Below are positions 30,524 to 39,199 of a stretch of DNA of 64,000 nt, piece after piece. The position numbers and the translations under genes are program-made. The notes below the pieces were generated by a model that saw only the letters and a program-made list of their open reading frames with translations, was not told the origin of the DNA and ran no database searches. The DNA is from a candidate division WOR-3 bacterium (GTDB lineage: Bacteria; Hydrothermota; 32-111): the NCBI GenBank assembly GCA_037481815.1, contig JBBFKX010000001.1:608001-672000 (forward strand), read 5' to 3'. How positions within the stretch are numbered: the first letter of the stretch is position 1; each line of letters opens with the position of its first letter.

Positions 30524-31264
30524 TTACATCAACATTCCACCATCACAATGTATAACCTGTCCTGTAATATAACTTGCTTTTTCTGAAGAAAGAAACAAAC
30601 ACACATTCGCAACATCCTCAGGTTTGCCCATTCTACCAAGAGGGATAAGTTTCGCATACTCTCTTATGACCTCTTCTGGGAGTTTTTTAGTCATATCGGT
30701 TTCAATGAACCCCGGAGCAATAGCGTTTACCCTGACATTTCTTGAGCCAACCTCTTTTGCAAGTGATTTCGTAAAACCTATGATCCCTGCTTTACTCGCA
30801 GCATAATTTGATTGTCCTTTGTTCCCCATAATACCTATAACTGAGGAGATGTTTGTAATAACTCCCTTCCTTTTTTTTATCATGTATTTAACAACACTTT
30901 TAGAACAGTTGAAAGTTCCTTTCAAATTTACCGAAATGACTTTATCCCATTCTTCTTCTGTCATACTTATCAAAAGATTATCTTTTGTGATCCCTGCATT
31001 GTTGATCAAAAAATCTATATTTTCAAACTTTTTTATTACCTCTTCAACAGTCTCTTCGACTCTGGAAAAACTGGAAACATCAACTTTATAATACTCAAAA
31101 GATACTCCAAATTTTTCTATCTCACTTTTTGTTTCATTAAGATTATCATCTATAAGATCGAAGACAATAACATTTGCACCTTCGGAAGCAAAAGATAAAG
31201 ATATGCTTTTCCCGATTCCTCTCAAACCACCTGTCACTATAACATTTTTTCCTTTAAATTCCAT
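30524..31264 (-). CDS. fabG: 3-oxoacyl-ACP reductase
   Basis: TGG.RGIG, NNAGIT.D, NY.ASK, PGFI.T.MT; ATG 31264 fits the GGAG RBS. Confidence 0.96.
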   Translation of the reverse strand: MEFKGKNVIVTGGLRGIGKSISLSFASEGANVIVFDLIDDNLNETKSEIEKFGVSFEYYKVDVSSFSRVEETVEEVIKKFENIDFLINNAGITKDNLLISMTEEEWDKVISVNLKGTFNCSKSVVKYMIKKRKGVITNISSVIGIMGNKGQSNYAASKAGIIGFTKSLAKEVGSRNVRVNAIAPGFIETDMTKKLPEEVIREYAKLIPLGRMGKPEDVANVCLFLSSEKASYITGQVIHCDGGMLM

Positions 31265-31266
31265 AT

Positions 31267-32175
31267 TCACTCCTTAAAAAAATTTTTTATCTCATCCTCT
31301 TTTTCAAAAGAGTAGATCTTTTTTTCTGGAAACATCTTTCTTGCAATACCACTTAATACCTTTGATGGTCCGATTTCATAAAAGTTTTCATAACCGTTGT
31401 TAAACAGATTTTTTAAAATCTGTGTCCATTTTACCGGGCTTATGATCTGCTGTTTTAAAAGATTTTTTATTTTAACAGGATCATTTTCAAACTCTGCTGA
31501 AACATTCATTAAAACATAACAATCAGGTTTTCTGAATTCAAAATTTTCTATGAAATCCGAGAACTCTCTGTATGCATAATCCATCAAAGGTGAATGGAAA
31601 GCTCCAGAAACATTCAGTTTTATGACTCTTTTTGCTCCCTCTTCGGTCAACTTTTTTGACGCTGTTTCAACTCCATCAACAGTTCCTGATATAACCGTCT
31701 GCATATCACCGTTATAGTTTGCAACAACAACTCCATCCACTGTTGATACGACTTCCTCTATCCTTTCAGGGGTCAAACCTATTACAGCTGCCATACTACC
31801 TTTTGCTTTTTCTCCCGCCAAACTCATCAACTCTCCCCTTTTTCTAACAAGTTTTACTGCTGTTTCAAAATCGAATACACCTGCAACAAGGAGTGCTGAA
31901 TACTCTCCAAGGGAGTGTCCACAAACAGCATCAAATCTTATTTTGTCTTTTAAAAGAGAATACACTGAATAAGAATGTAACAGTATAGCAACCTGCGCGT
32001 TCTTCGATTCAGTTAAGATATTTTCAGGGCCATCAAACATTATCTTTGAAATATCATCATTTATTATTTCAGAAGTTCTATCAAAAAGTTTTTTCACTTC
32101 AACATTCTGATAAAGGTCAAAACCCATTTTGACATACTGGGAACCCTGACCTGGAAACATTAGCACACTTTTCAT
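31267..32175 (-). CDS. fabD: Malonyl-CoA:ACP transacylase
   Basis: FPGQGSQ, GHSLGEY, VSGAFHS, EIGP..VL.G. Confidence 0.96.
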   Translation of the reverse strand: MKSVLMFPGQGSQYVKMGFDLYQNVEVKKLFDRTSEIINDDISKIMFDGPENILTESKNAQVAILLHSYSVYSLLKDKIRFDAVCGHSLGEYSALLVAGVFDFETAVKLVRKRGELMSLAGEKAKGSMAAVIGLTPERIEEVVSTVDGVVVANYNGDMQTVISGTVDGVETASKKLTEEGAKRVIKLNVSGAFHSPLMDYAYREFSDFIENFEFRKPDCYVLMNVSAEFENDPVKIKNLLKQQIISPVKWTQILKNLFNNGYENFYEIGPSKVLSGIARKMFPEKKIYSFEKEDEIKNFFKE

Positions 32176-32176
32176 A

Positions 32177-33157
32177 TCACCACCTTATTACTGACGCACC
32201 CCAAGTAAACCCTGCACCAAAAGCATCGATCAAAATTATGTCACCTTTTTTTAAAAGACCGGTTCTGTTCATCTGATCGAGTGCTATTGGAATTGAACCT
32301 GCCGATGTGTTCGCAGTTTTATCGATATTCACAAAGACCTTTTCTTTTGGAACTTTAAGATATTTTGCAGTTGTATCTATTATTCTTATATTCGCCTGAT
32401 GTGGAATAAACCACCTGACCTCCTCAGATTTTATATTAGCCATCATAAGTGCCTTTTCAGCAGCCATCTGCATAGTATTCACCGCATACTTATAAACTTC
32501 GTTTCCCTCCATATGTATGGTATGAAGTTTTTTTTGCACGGTTTCCACAGTTGCAGGATTTCTTGACCCACCCGCTGGTTGATGTAAAAGATTTTCCATA
32601 TTTCCATCAGCACCTATGTAGATCGATAGAAGTCCGGATTCATCGTTTGACTCCTCAACAACTGCACATCCAACCCCATCTCCAAAAAGTACACATGTTG
32701 ATCTATCACTCCAGTTGGTTACCTTAGAGAGTGTTTCACCTCCAAGAACAAGGATCCTTTTCATCGAGGTTGAATTTATAAGTCCATTTGCAACAGCAAG
32801 TCCATAGATAAAACCTGAACATGCAGCGGAAATATCAAACGCAGGTATATTTGGCATATTCAAAGCTTTTTGAACATATATCGCTGTCGAAGGGAAAAGT
32901 TTATCCGGTGTAACTGTCCCAAATATTATACAATCTATAGTTTTTGGATCGATATTGAAAGTTTCAAAACATCTTTTTGCTGCTATAACTCCAAGATCAC
33001 TCGTTGCCTGGTCATCGGATGCTATATGTCTTTCCTTGATTCCTGTTCTCTGTGTTATCCATTCATCACTCGTATCAACAATTTTTGCAAGATCATCGTT
33101 TGTTATAACTTTTTCAGGGAGATATGAGCCAGTTGCTATTATTTTAACTCTCTTCAC
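32177..33157 (-). CDS. fabH: 3-oxoacyl-ACP synthase III
   Basis: DTSDEWI..RTGI.ER, AACSGF, LFGDG, PHQAN.RI, NTSA.SIP, FGAGFTWG; GTG 33157 follows GGAG. Confidence 0.96.
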   Translation of the reverse strand: MKRVKIIATGSYLPEKVITNDDLAKIVDTSDEWITQRTGIKERHIASDDQATSDLGVIAAKRCFETFNIDPKTIDCIIFGTVTPDKLFPSTAIYVQKALNMPNIPAFDISAACSGFIYGLAVANGLINSTSMKRILVLGGETLSKVTNWSDRSTCVLFGDGVGCAVVEESNDESGLLSIYIGADGNMENLLHQPAGGSRNPATVETVQKKLHTIHMEGNEVYKYAVNTMQMAAEKALMMANIKSEEVRWFIPHQANIRIIDTTAKYLKVPKEKVFVNIDKTANTSAGSIPIALDQMNRTGLLKKGDIILIDAFGAGFTWGASVIRW

Positions 33158-34187
33158 CTTTACTCCTTTCAAAAATAACCTTTAAATCTTCAACAAGATT
33201 TTTAGAAGCAAGATACTTGGCATTCATAATTCCACTTGCAACAGCTTTTGGATTGGATTTCCCATGACCGATAAGTACAACTCCGTTTATACCAAGAAGT
33301 GGAGCTCCACCATATTCATCATAACTTGCTTTTTTCAGAAATTTCTTTATCGAAAAATAAAAGAAAGGCAAACCCAAAAAACCTGGAGATGAAAGTGTCA
33401 AACCAAGTATAGCAACAGGTAAAGGTTTTAGTGATGTTTTAAGGTTATCTTTAACCCAGTGTATCATACCTTCAGCGAATTTCAAAACGATATTGCCAGT
33501 GAAACCATCTGTAACTATTACGTCAACCTTATCAGTGAAAAAATCACCACCTTCAATGTTTCCATAAAAATTTATGTTTTTATCTTTACTGATAAGTTCA
33601 AAAGCTTTCTGATAAATTACAGATCCTTTTGAGTCCTCTTCTCCTATTGACAACAAGCCAACAAGAGGTCTTTCGATACCCCTCATAATCTTCATATACT
33701 CACTACCAAGTAGAGCAAACTGATAAAGATTTTCAGGTTTTGGATCAGGTGTTGCCCCCAGATCGAGTATCAAAGGATGCTTTCCTATAGGGAAAGTGAA
33801 ACCTAACGCAGGTCTTATAACCCCTTTTATCCTTCCAACCTTTGTTAAAGAGAAAGCGAGTATGACTCCCGTATTTCCCGGAGAGAAGAAAGCATCCGCC
33901 TTCTTTTCTTTTACAAGTTCTAGGCCTTTTGCTATCGAAGAATCTTTTTTGTTCTCAAGTGCCCATGTTGGAGTATCATCCATCGAGACATCGTTTTCAG
34001 ACTCAACTATTTCATATTTTACAGAGAAATCTTTATATTTCTCTTTTAAATATTTTTCTATAAGTTTCTTGTCCCCCACAAAGATGATCGTGTCGTCTCC
34101 GCTCAGTTTCTTTGATGCTATGTAAGCACCAGCCATGTTAACTTCAATTCCTACATCCCCTCCCATAGCATCAAGAACTATTCTCAC
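33144..34187 (-). CDS. plsX: Phosphate acyltransferase
   Basis: LDAMGGD, GNTG, RPAL, LDLGA, IGEE..KG, DGFTGN..LK..EG, GGAPLLG, HG.S. Confidence 0.96.
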   Translation of the reverse strand: MRIVLDAMGGDVGIEVNMAGAYIASKKLSGDDTIIFVGDKKLIEKYLKEKYKDFSVKYEIVESENDVSMDDTPTWALENKKDSSIAKGLELVKEKKADAFFSPGNTGVILAFSLTKVGRIKGVIRPALGFTFPIGKHPLILDLGATPDPKPENLYQFALLGSEYMKIMRGIERPLVGLLSIGEEDSKGSVIYQKAFELISKDKNINFYGNIEGGDFFTDKVDVIVTDGFTGNIVLKFAEGMIHWVKDNLKTSLKPLPVAILGLTLSSPGFLGLPFFYFSIKKFLKKASYDEYGGAPLLGINGVVLIGHGKSNPKAVASGIMNAKYLASKNLVEDLKVIFERSKGEES

Positions 34188-34373
34188 TTATACCTCTTTT
34201 TTAATAGTTATATACTCTTTACCTTTATAGTATCCACAGGATGGACAGATCGAATGTGACTTCGTCAAAGCACCACAATGGGAACAAACTGTCAGAGATG
34301 GTTTAAAAAGTTTCCAGTGAGTTCTTCTTTTTCTTCCTCTTGTTCTCGAATTTCTTCTTTTTGGTACAGCCAT
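34188..34373 (-). CDS. rpmF: 50S ribosomal protein L32 (zinc-ribbon form)
   Basis: MAVPKRR.S, CSHC...H..CPSCGYY. Confidence 0.96.
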   Translation of the reverse strand: MAVPKRRNSRTRGRKRRTHWKLFKPSLTVCSHCGALTKSHSICPSCGYYKGKEYITIKKEV

Positions 34374-34382
34374 TTTTTCCTC

Positions 34383-34826
34383 CTAAATATTATTACATTT
34401 ACATTTTTCATCGTTCAGATTCACTCCACATTTTGGACATATACCTTTACAATCTTCTTTGCAAAGGGTTTTTACAGGGAGTGATGTCACAACTATATCC
34501 TTGATATAATCTGTAATATCACACAGGTAATCTGTGAAGTTTATTATATCAAGTTCATCCCCAAGATAATCCTTCTTTAAAATGAAAAGAACCTTTTCAG
34601 AAAAATTTTTTTTAAATCTTTTAAGACATCTATCACAAATTAGTTCGAGTTGAAAATCGATTCTTCCTTCAAACTCTATCTGTGTTTTGTGAATATTGTT
34701 AACTCTGAATTCACCCTTGATGTAAAGATCCTCATTAAAAAATTCATACTCTTCTTTTCTTATCACCCACTGGAAACACTGATCCGATATACCAGTGGGT
34801 ATGGATGAGATGTTTATATTTATCAT
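34383..34826 (-). CDS. yceD: DUF177/YceD family protein
   Basis: CDRCL and P...LC..DCKG.CP.CG.NLN...C.C motifs; directly upstream of rpmF. Confidence 0.9.
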   Translation of the reverse strand: MININISSIPTGISDQCFQWVIRKEEYEFFNEDLYIKGEFRVNNIHKTQIEFEGRIDFQLELICDRCLKRFKKNFSEKVLFILKKDYLGDELDIINFTDYLCDITDYIKDIVVTSLPVKTLCKEDCKGICPKCGVNLNDEKCKCNNI

Positions 34827-34835
34827 AAGTTTTTT

Positions 34836-34863
34836 ATTATAACAAGAAAAGTTTAATTGTCAA
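34836..34863 (-). promoter_or_regulatory. sigma70-type promoter of the yceD-rpmF-plsX-fab operon
   Basis: TTGACA-N16-TATAAT with extended -10 TG; 9 nt to ATG 34826. Confidence 0.8.
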
Positions 34864-34900
34864 GTATTCAAAAAGAAAGATTGAGTTATTGACAATCCTA

Positions 34901-34962
34901 TAAAAAAAACCCGGTTGGAAGCGAGGCCAACCGGTTAGGGAGGGAATATGAGATTGGTATTT
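34901..34962 (-). ncRNA. Candidate ~60-nt small RNA with anti-Shine-Dalgarno/anti-AUG seed
   Basis: Promoter immediately upstream; single-stranded CUCAUAUUCCCUCCCU; CCGGUUGG/CCAACCGG hairpin followed by U8. Confidence 0.6.
34902..34935 (-). terminator. Rho-independent terminator of the candidate sRNA
   Basis: 8-bp GC-rich stem CCGGTTGG/CCAACCGG, 8-nt loop, 8-T tail on the minus strand. Confidence 0.8.
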
Positions 34963-34968
34963 ACAGGA

Positions 34969-34996
34969 AATATAACGATTTTTTCTTTTTTGTCAA
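34969..34996 (-). promoter_or_regulatory. sigma70-type promoter of the candidate sRNA
   Basis: TTGACA-N16-TATATT. Confidence 0.65.
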
Positions 34997-35254
34997 GAGT
35001 TCACTCATATTTTTTTTTCAAAAAAAGTTTAAATCTCCTAAAAATCAATACTTTTTTGTCAAAAAATCATAGTTTAATTTTTGATTTTTTTTGCTGACCA
35101 TTTTAAGAAACAATTTAAGTTAAAAAAAATAAACACTTATAATTTTTCCACCTGAAATTTGATCTTTTGAATTCTTTTGATAAAGTTTCTATAAATATAA
35201 AAGGTATATTTATTATTATGATCTTCCCAATTTTATAAATTCAAAAAATTTCTA

Positions 35255-35282
35255 TTGACAATTTTGAAATGATTTATATAAT
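35255..35282 (+). promoter_or_regulatory. sigma70-type promoter of the tRNA-Lys...thrS operon
   Basis: TTGACA-N16-TATAAT with AT-rich upstream tract. Confidence 0.8.
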
Positions 35283-35299
35283 ATTCTTTCTAAAAAATT

Positions 35300-35372
35300 G
35301 GGCCGTTAGCTCAGCAGGTAGAGCATCTGCCTTTTAAGCAGGGGGTCACTGGTTCGAATCCAGTACGGCTCA
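35300..35372 (+). tRNA. tRNA-Lys(TTT), CCA not encoded
   Basis: GGGCCGT/ACGGCTC acceptor, GCTC/GAGC D-stem, TCTGC-CTTTTAA-GCAGG anticodon arm, GGTTCGAATCC. Confidence 0.96.
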
Positions 35373-35392
35373 AGTTTTAATAAGGAGATTTT

Positions 35393-35881
35393 ATGGAATC
35401 TCGGCTCTTTACAAATTTTGAAAAAGACGAAGTTGATAGAATACTCTCCTTTATGAGAAGAAAAAATTTTCAGGAAAACACTTTTATTTTTAAAGAGGGA
35501 GAGAGTGGTGATGAACTTTTTCTCATAGAAAAAGGAGAGGTTGAAATCTTCATCGAAAGAAAAGAAAAAAAGATTTTACTAGCGACCTTATCAAGAGGCG
35601 ATTTTTTTGGAGAGATGGGAATTTTAAGAGGTGATAAAAGATCAGCTTCAGTTCTTTCAAAAACATATCTTGAAACATACACGATATCAAGAAATGAGAT
35701 CGAAAAATTTCTTGATATGTCAAGTAGAATAGCAGCAAAATTTTTTATCAACCTTTCTGAAGTTCTTGCTGAAAGGATCGCAACAACAAACAGAGAAGTT
35801 GAAAACTGGTTTTTGATAAACGATGCGCTTGTAGAAAACGAAACTTTTAGAAACATATATTTTAAAACACACAAAAGATGA
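35393..35881 (+). CDS. Stand-alone cyclic-nucleotide-binding domain protein (CRP-like, no HTH)
   Basis: IF.EG..GD.LF.I..G.V.I, GDFFGEMG......RSASV phosphate-binding cassette; AAGGAG RBS. Confidence 0.88.
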   Translation: MESRLFTNFEKDEVDRILSFMRRKNFQENTFIFKEGESGDELFLIEKGEVEIFIERKEKKILLATLSRGDFFGEMGILRGDKRSASVLSKTYLETYTISRNEIEKFLDMSSRIAAKFFINLSEVLAERIATTNREVENWFLINDALVENETFRNIYFKTHKR

Positions 35882-35882
35882 T

Positions 35883-35954
35883 GTCTCCATCGTCCAGTGG
35901 TTAGGACACAGCTCTTTCAAGGCTGCGACACGGGTTCGACTCCCGTTGGAGACG
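35883..35954 (+). tRNA. tRNA-Glu(TTC), CCA not encoded
   Basis: GTCTCCA/TGGAGAC acceptor, GTCC/GGAC D-stem, CAGCT-CTTTCAA-GGCTG, GGTTCGACTCC. Confidence 0.96.
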
Positions 35955-35956
35955 AT

Positions 35957-36033
35957 GGGCGGTTAGCTCAGATGGTCAGAGTGCTTGCTTGACATGCAAG
36001 AGGTCACTGGTTCGACTCCAGTACCGCCCACCA
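35957..36033 (+). tRNA. tRNA-Val(GAC), CCA encoded
   Basis: GGGCGGT/ACCGCCC acceptor, CTTGC-TTGACAT-GCAAG, GGTTCGACTCC, ACCA end. Confidence 0.96.
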
Positions 36034-36042
36034 CTTAAGATT

Positions 36043-37983
36043 ATGATAAAAATTAATGATATAGAGTTTGAATTCAAAGAAGGGAATAGAATTTCCGATT
36101 ACTTAAAAAATTCTGGGAATTTCAAAGATAAAAATTATCTTGTCTTTGAAAAAGATGGTAAAATGTATGACCTCAACACAACCGTTGAGGATGGTTCAAA
36201 AATTTTTCTCCATAACTTTGATTCTGAAAAAGGAAAAGATGTTTACTGGCATTCAACTTCACACATCCTCGCAATGGCTGTTAAAATATTCATAAAAAAT
36301 TTGAAAGGTGATGAAAGGATGGTGAAACTTGCAATCGGGCCATCGATAGAAAATGGATTCTATTACGATTTCGAATTCCTCGACTACAAATTTTCAGAAG
36401 AGAACATTCTGGAAATCGAAAAGATAATGAAAGATCTTATAGATGAAGATATACCTTTCAAAAGAGTTGAAATAAAAAAAGAAGAACTTTTAAGAATTTA
36501 TAAAGAAAAAGATGAAAAATTTAAAGTGGAATTGGTTGAGAATCTCGACCAGGAAAATTTAACCTATTATGAAAACCATTCAAAAAAATATGATTACACA
36601 TTCTTTGATCTGTGTCGTGGTCCACATCTTCCCTCTTCAGGTTATATAAAATTTTTCAAACTGATATCAACCGCAGGTGCTTACTGGAGAGGAGATGAGA
36701 ACAAAGAGATGTTAACAAGGATCTACGGAATCTCTTTTCCTGAAAAAAAATTACTCGACGAATTCATCACAAAAATAGAAGAAGCAAAGAAAAGGGATCA
36801 CAGAGTTTTAGGAAAAAAATTGGGGATATTCTCAATATTTGAAGAAACAGGACCCGGACTTGTTTTCTGGAATACAAAAGGTGGAATGATCAGGGATATA
36901 ATCGAAAGGTTCTGGAAGGATGAACATTTAAAAAGAGGCTATCAACTCGTTATCACACCTCATATATCGAAATCTGACTTATGGAAAAGATCTGGTCATT
37001 ACGATTTTTATAAAGAAAATATGTACATTTTCAAAATCGATAACGATGAGTACGTTTTAAAGCCGATGAACTGTCCGGGGCACATTTTGATCTATAAAAC
37101 AAAAATCCATTCTTACAAAGATTTACCTATAAAATTCGCAGAACTCGGGACCGTTTACAGATATGAAAGAAGTGGAACTCTACACGGACTTTTAAGAGTC
37201 AGAGGTTTCACACAGGATGATGGGCATATATTCTGTACACCGGATCAGTTAAAGGATGAGGTTGAAAAAGTTTACGATTTTGCGATCTTCATGATAAAAA
37301 AATTTGGATATGAAAAATTTTATGTTGAACTATCAACTATGGATCGAGAACATCCTGAAAATTATGCAGGAACCATCGAAGAATGGGATTTTGCACAAGA
37401 AAGTTTAAAAGAAGTTCTTTTAAAAAAACATGTTGATTTTAAAGAGATGCCCGGTGAAGCGGTTTTCTATGGTCCAAAAATAGATATTAAACTTGAGGAT
37501 GCTATTGGAAGAAAATGGCAGGGACCAACGATCCAATTTGATTTCAATCTACCAAGAAGGTTTGATGTGACATATGTAGGTGACGATAACAAAGAGCATT
37601 ATGTTTACATGATCCATAGAGCTTTGTTGGGTTCACTTGAAAGGTTCATCGGCGGTCTTATAGAAAATTATGCCGGGAAATTTCCTTTATGGCTTTCTCC
37701 TGTTCAGGTATCAGTGTTAACCGTTGGAGAGAATTCTGTTGACTATGCGAAAAATTTATGTAAAATATTTGAAGAAAAAAATATAAGGTACACAGTTGAC
37801 TTTTCCGATGAAAAGATCAACAGCAAGATAAAAAGAGCAGAGGAAGAAAATGTTCCTTTCATGTTGATAATCGGAAAAAAAGAGATGGAAGAGAAAAAAC
37901 TGAGTGTTAGAATGAAAGGACATGGAGATCTTGGAAAGAAGAGTTATGAAGAATTTTTAAAACTCTTCTATGAAAATCTTTAA
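36043..37983 (+). CDS. thrS: Threonine-tRNA ligase
   Basis: HS..H, GP.IE.GFYYD, DLCRGPH, RDHR.LG, KPMNCP.H, RVRGFTQDD.H, FYGPK.D, GS.ERF; start is ATG 36043 because the ORF-track start lies inside tRNA-Val. Confidence 0.97.
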   Translation: MIKINDIEFEFKEGNRISDYLKNSGNFKDKNYLVFEKDGKMYDLNTTVEDGSKIFLHNFDSEKGKDVYWHSTSHILAMAVKIFIKNLKGDERMVKLAIGPSIENGFYYDFEFLDYKFSEENILEIEKIMKDLIDEDIPFKRVEIKKEELLRIYKEKDEKFKVELVENLDQENLTYYENHSKKYDYTFFDLCRGPHLPSSGYIKFFKLISTAGAYWRGDENKEMLTRIYGISFPEKKLLDEFITKIEEAKKRDHRVLGKKLGIFSIFEETGPGLVFWNTKGGMIRDIIERFWKDEHLKRGYQLVITPHISKSDLWKRSGHYDFYKENMYIFKIDNDEYVLKPMNCPGHILIYKTKIHSYKDLPIKFAELGTVYRYERSGTLHGLLRVRGFTQDDGHIFCTPDQLKDEVEKVYDFAIFMIKKFGYEKFYVELSTMDREHPENYAGTIEEWDFAQESLKEVLLKKHVDFKEMPGEAVFYGPKIDIKLEDAIGRKWQGPTIQFDFNLPRRFDVTYVGDDNKEHYVYMIHRALLGSLERFIGGLIENYAGKFPLWLSPVQVSVLTVGENSVDYAKNLCKIFEEKNIRYTVDFSDEKINSKIKRAEEENVPFMLIIGKKEMEEKKLSVRMKGHGDLGKKSYEEFLKLFYENL

Positions 37984-37984
37984 A

Positions 37985-38080
37985 AGAAGAAGCAAAACAC
38001 CGCTTCTCGCCTTAAGCATAAGCGAAAAGGCTAAATAAAAAAATTAAAGAAGGGTGGTTTTGCCATCCTTTTATTTTTTT
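37985..38080 (+). promoter_or_regulatory. L20 ribosomal-protein leader (attenuator) for infC-rpmI-rplT
   Basis: AGAAGC...GCTTCTC stem, GCCTT/AAGGC stem, terminator AAGGGTGG/CCATCCTT plus T tract; GCAAAACACCGCTTCT can instead pair with AGAAGGGTGGTTTTGC (antiterminator). Confidence 0.75.
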
Positions 38081-38092
38081 AAGGAGGTTTTT

Positions 38093-38683
38093 ATCAATAC
38101 AAAAAATGTAAGAATCAACAATCAGATAAGAGCAAGAGAGGTTCGACTCATAGGTGAAAATGGAGAATCGTTAGGTATAGTTTCAATCGATGAAGCGTTA
38201 AGAAAAGCGGAAGAGGCAGAACTCGATCTTGTTGAAATAGCACCAAACGCGAATCCTCCTGTTGTGAGGATAATGGATTTCGGTAAGTATATGTACGAGA
38301 TGACCAAAAAAGAAAAAACAGCAAAAAAGAAACAGCATCAAACTGAAATAAAAGAGATACATTTCAGACCATCAATTTTCGAACATGATCTTGATATAAA
38401 GATCAACCAGGCAAGAAAATTTTTTGAAAAGAAAAACAAAGTCAGGTTTGTTGTAATGTTCAGGGGAAGAGAGATGCAACATTTTAATGATGGGCTGAAA
38501 ATACTTGAAAAGGTTAAAGAGAAAATTTCGGATATAGCAGTTGAAGATTCAGAACCAAAGATTGAAGGTAGAAGGATTTTCCAGATCTTCTCTTTCAGCA
38601 AGGATGGTTCAAAGAAAAAGAAAAAAGAGGAGGAACAAAATGCCAAAGTTGAAAACGAAAAAGACCGTAGCGAAGAGGTTTAA
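38093..38683 (+). CDS. infC: Translation initiation factor IF-3, non-AUG (ATC) start
   Basis: [22 protein letters not shown]...PPV..IMDFGK, KEI.FRP, FRGRE; AAGGAGG SD 5 nt before the in-frame ATC at 38093. Confidence 0.93.
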   Translation: MNTKNVRINNQIRAREVRLIGENGESLGIVSIDEALRKAEEAELDLVEIAPNANPPVVRIMDFGKYMYEMTKKEKTAKKKQHQTEIKEIHFRPSIFEHDLDIKINQARKFFEKKNKVRFVVMFRGREMQHFNDGLKILEKVKEKISDIAVEDSEPKIEGRRIFQIFSFSKDGSKKKKKEEEQNAKVENEKDRSEEV

Positions 38684-38834
38684 ACTCACAAAAAGTGGGA
38701 AAGTAAAAAGACAGAGAGCTTATAAATCACATATTTTAACAAAAAAATCCTCGAAAAGAAAAAGAAAATTGAGAAGAGGAACGATAACGGACAAAACGAA
38801 TGTTAAAGCGATAAAAATGGTGTTGCATAATTAA
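38640..38834 (+). CDS. rpmI: 50S ribosomal protein L35
   Basis: MPKLKT.K..AKRFK.T.SGK......H.L.KK..KRKR.LR; ATG 38640 follows GAGGAGG. Confidence 0.96.
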   Translation: MPKLKTKKTVAKRFKLTKSGKVKRQRAYKSHILTKKSSKRKRKLRRGTITDKTNVKAIKMVLHN

Positions 38835-38848
38835 TACAGGAGGATCAA

Positions 38849-39199
38849 ATGACAAGAGTAAAGAATTCACCGGTGACAAGAGCAAGAAGAAAAAAATGGA
38901 TTAAAAGAGCTTCTGGTTCTTTTGGAAAAAAATCGAATGCATATAAATCTGCAAGATCTGCTGCTACAAAAGCGCTCGTGTATGCATACAGAGATAGAAA
39001 AAAGAAAAAATCTGAAATGAGATCTTTATGGATAACAAGGATCAACATCGCATGTAGAGAAAATGATATTTCCTATTCTAAATTTATAAACGGATTGAAA
39101 AAATCAAACGTTCTGCTTGATAGAAAACAGTTATCAGAGATAGCAATACATCAACCAGATGTGTTTAAAGAACTTGTCAAAATCGCTAAATCTGTTTAG
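38849..39199 (+). CDS. rplT: 50S ribosomal protein L20
   Basis: MTRVK, YAYRDR..KK...R.LWI.RIN, YS.FI.GL, DRK.L. Confidence 0.97.
   Translation: MTRVKNSPVTRARRKKWIKRASGSFGKKSNAYKSARSAATKALVYAYRDRKKKKSEMRSLWITRINIACRENDISYSKFINGLKKSNVLLDRKQLSEIAIHQPDVFKELVKIAKSV

Noticed and set aside
34997..35254. AT-rich spacer as replication origin or repeat array
   Set aside because: No DnaA boxes (TTATCCACA) or regular repeats seen; only homopolymer tracts and stray TTGACA half-sites
35300..36033. cNMP gene as an element integrated at a tRNA
   Set aside because: No integrase and no duplicated tRNA 3' end flanking the gene; the T-arm similarity of tRNA-Lys and tRNA-Val is between two complete tRNAs
35989..36042. 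N-terminal extension of ThrS in the ORF track
   Set aside because: It lies inside tRNA-Val(GAC); the real start is ATG 36043
38054..38092. GTG start for infC at 38054
   Set aside because: It is inside the leader terminator hairpin; the SD points to ATC 38093
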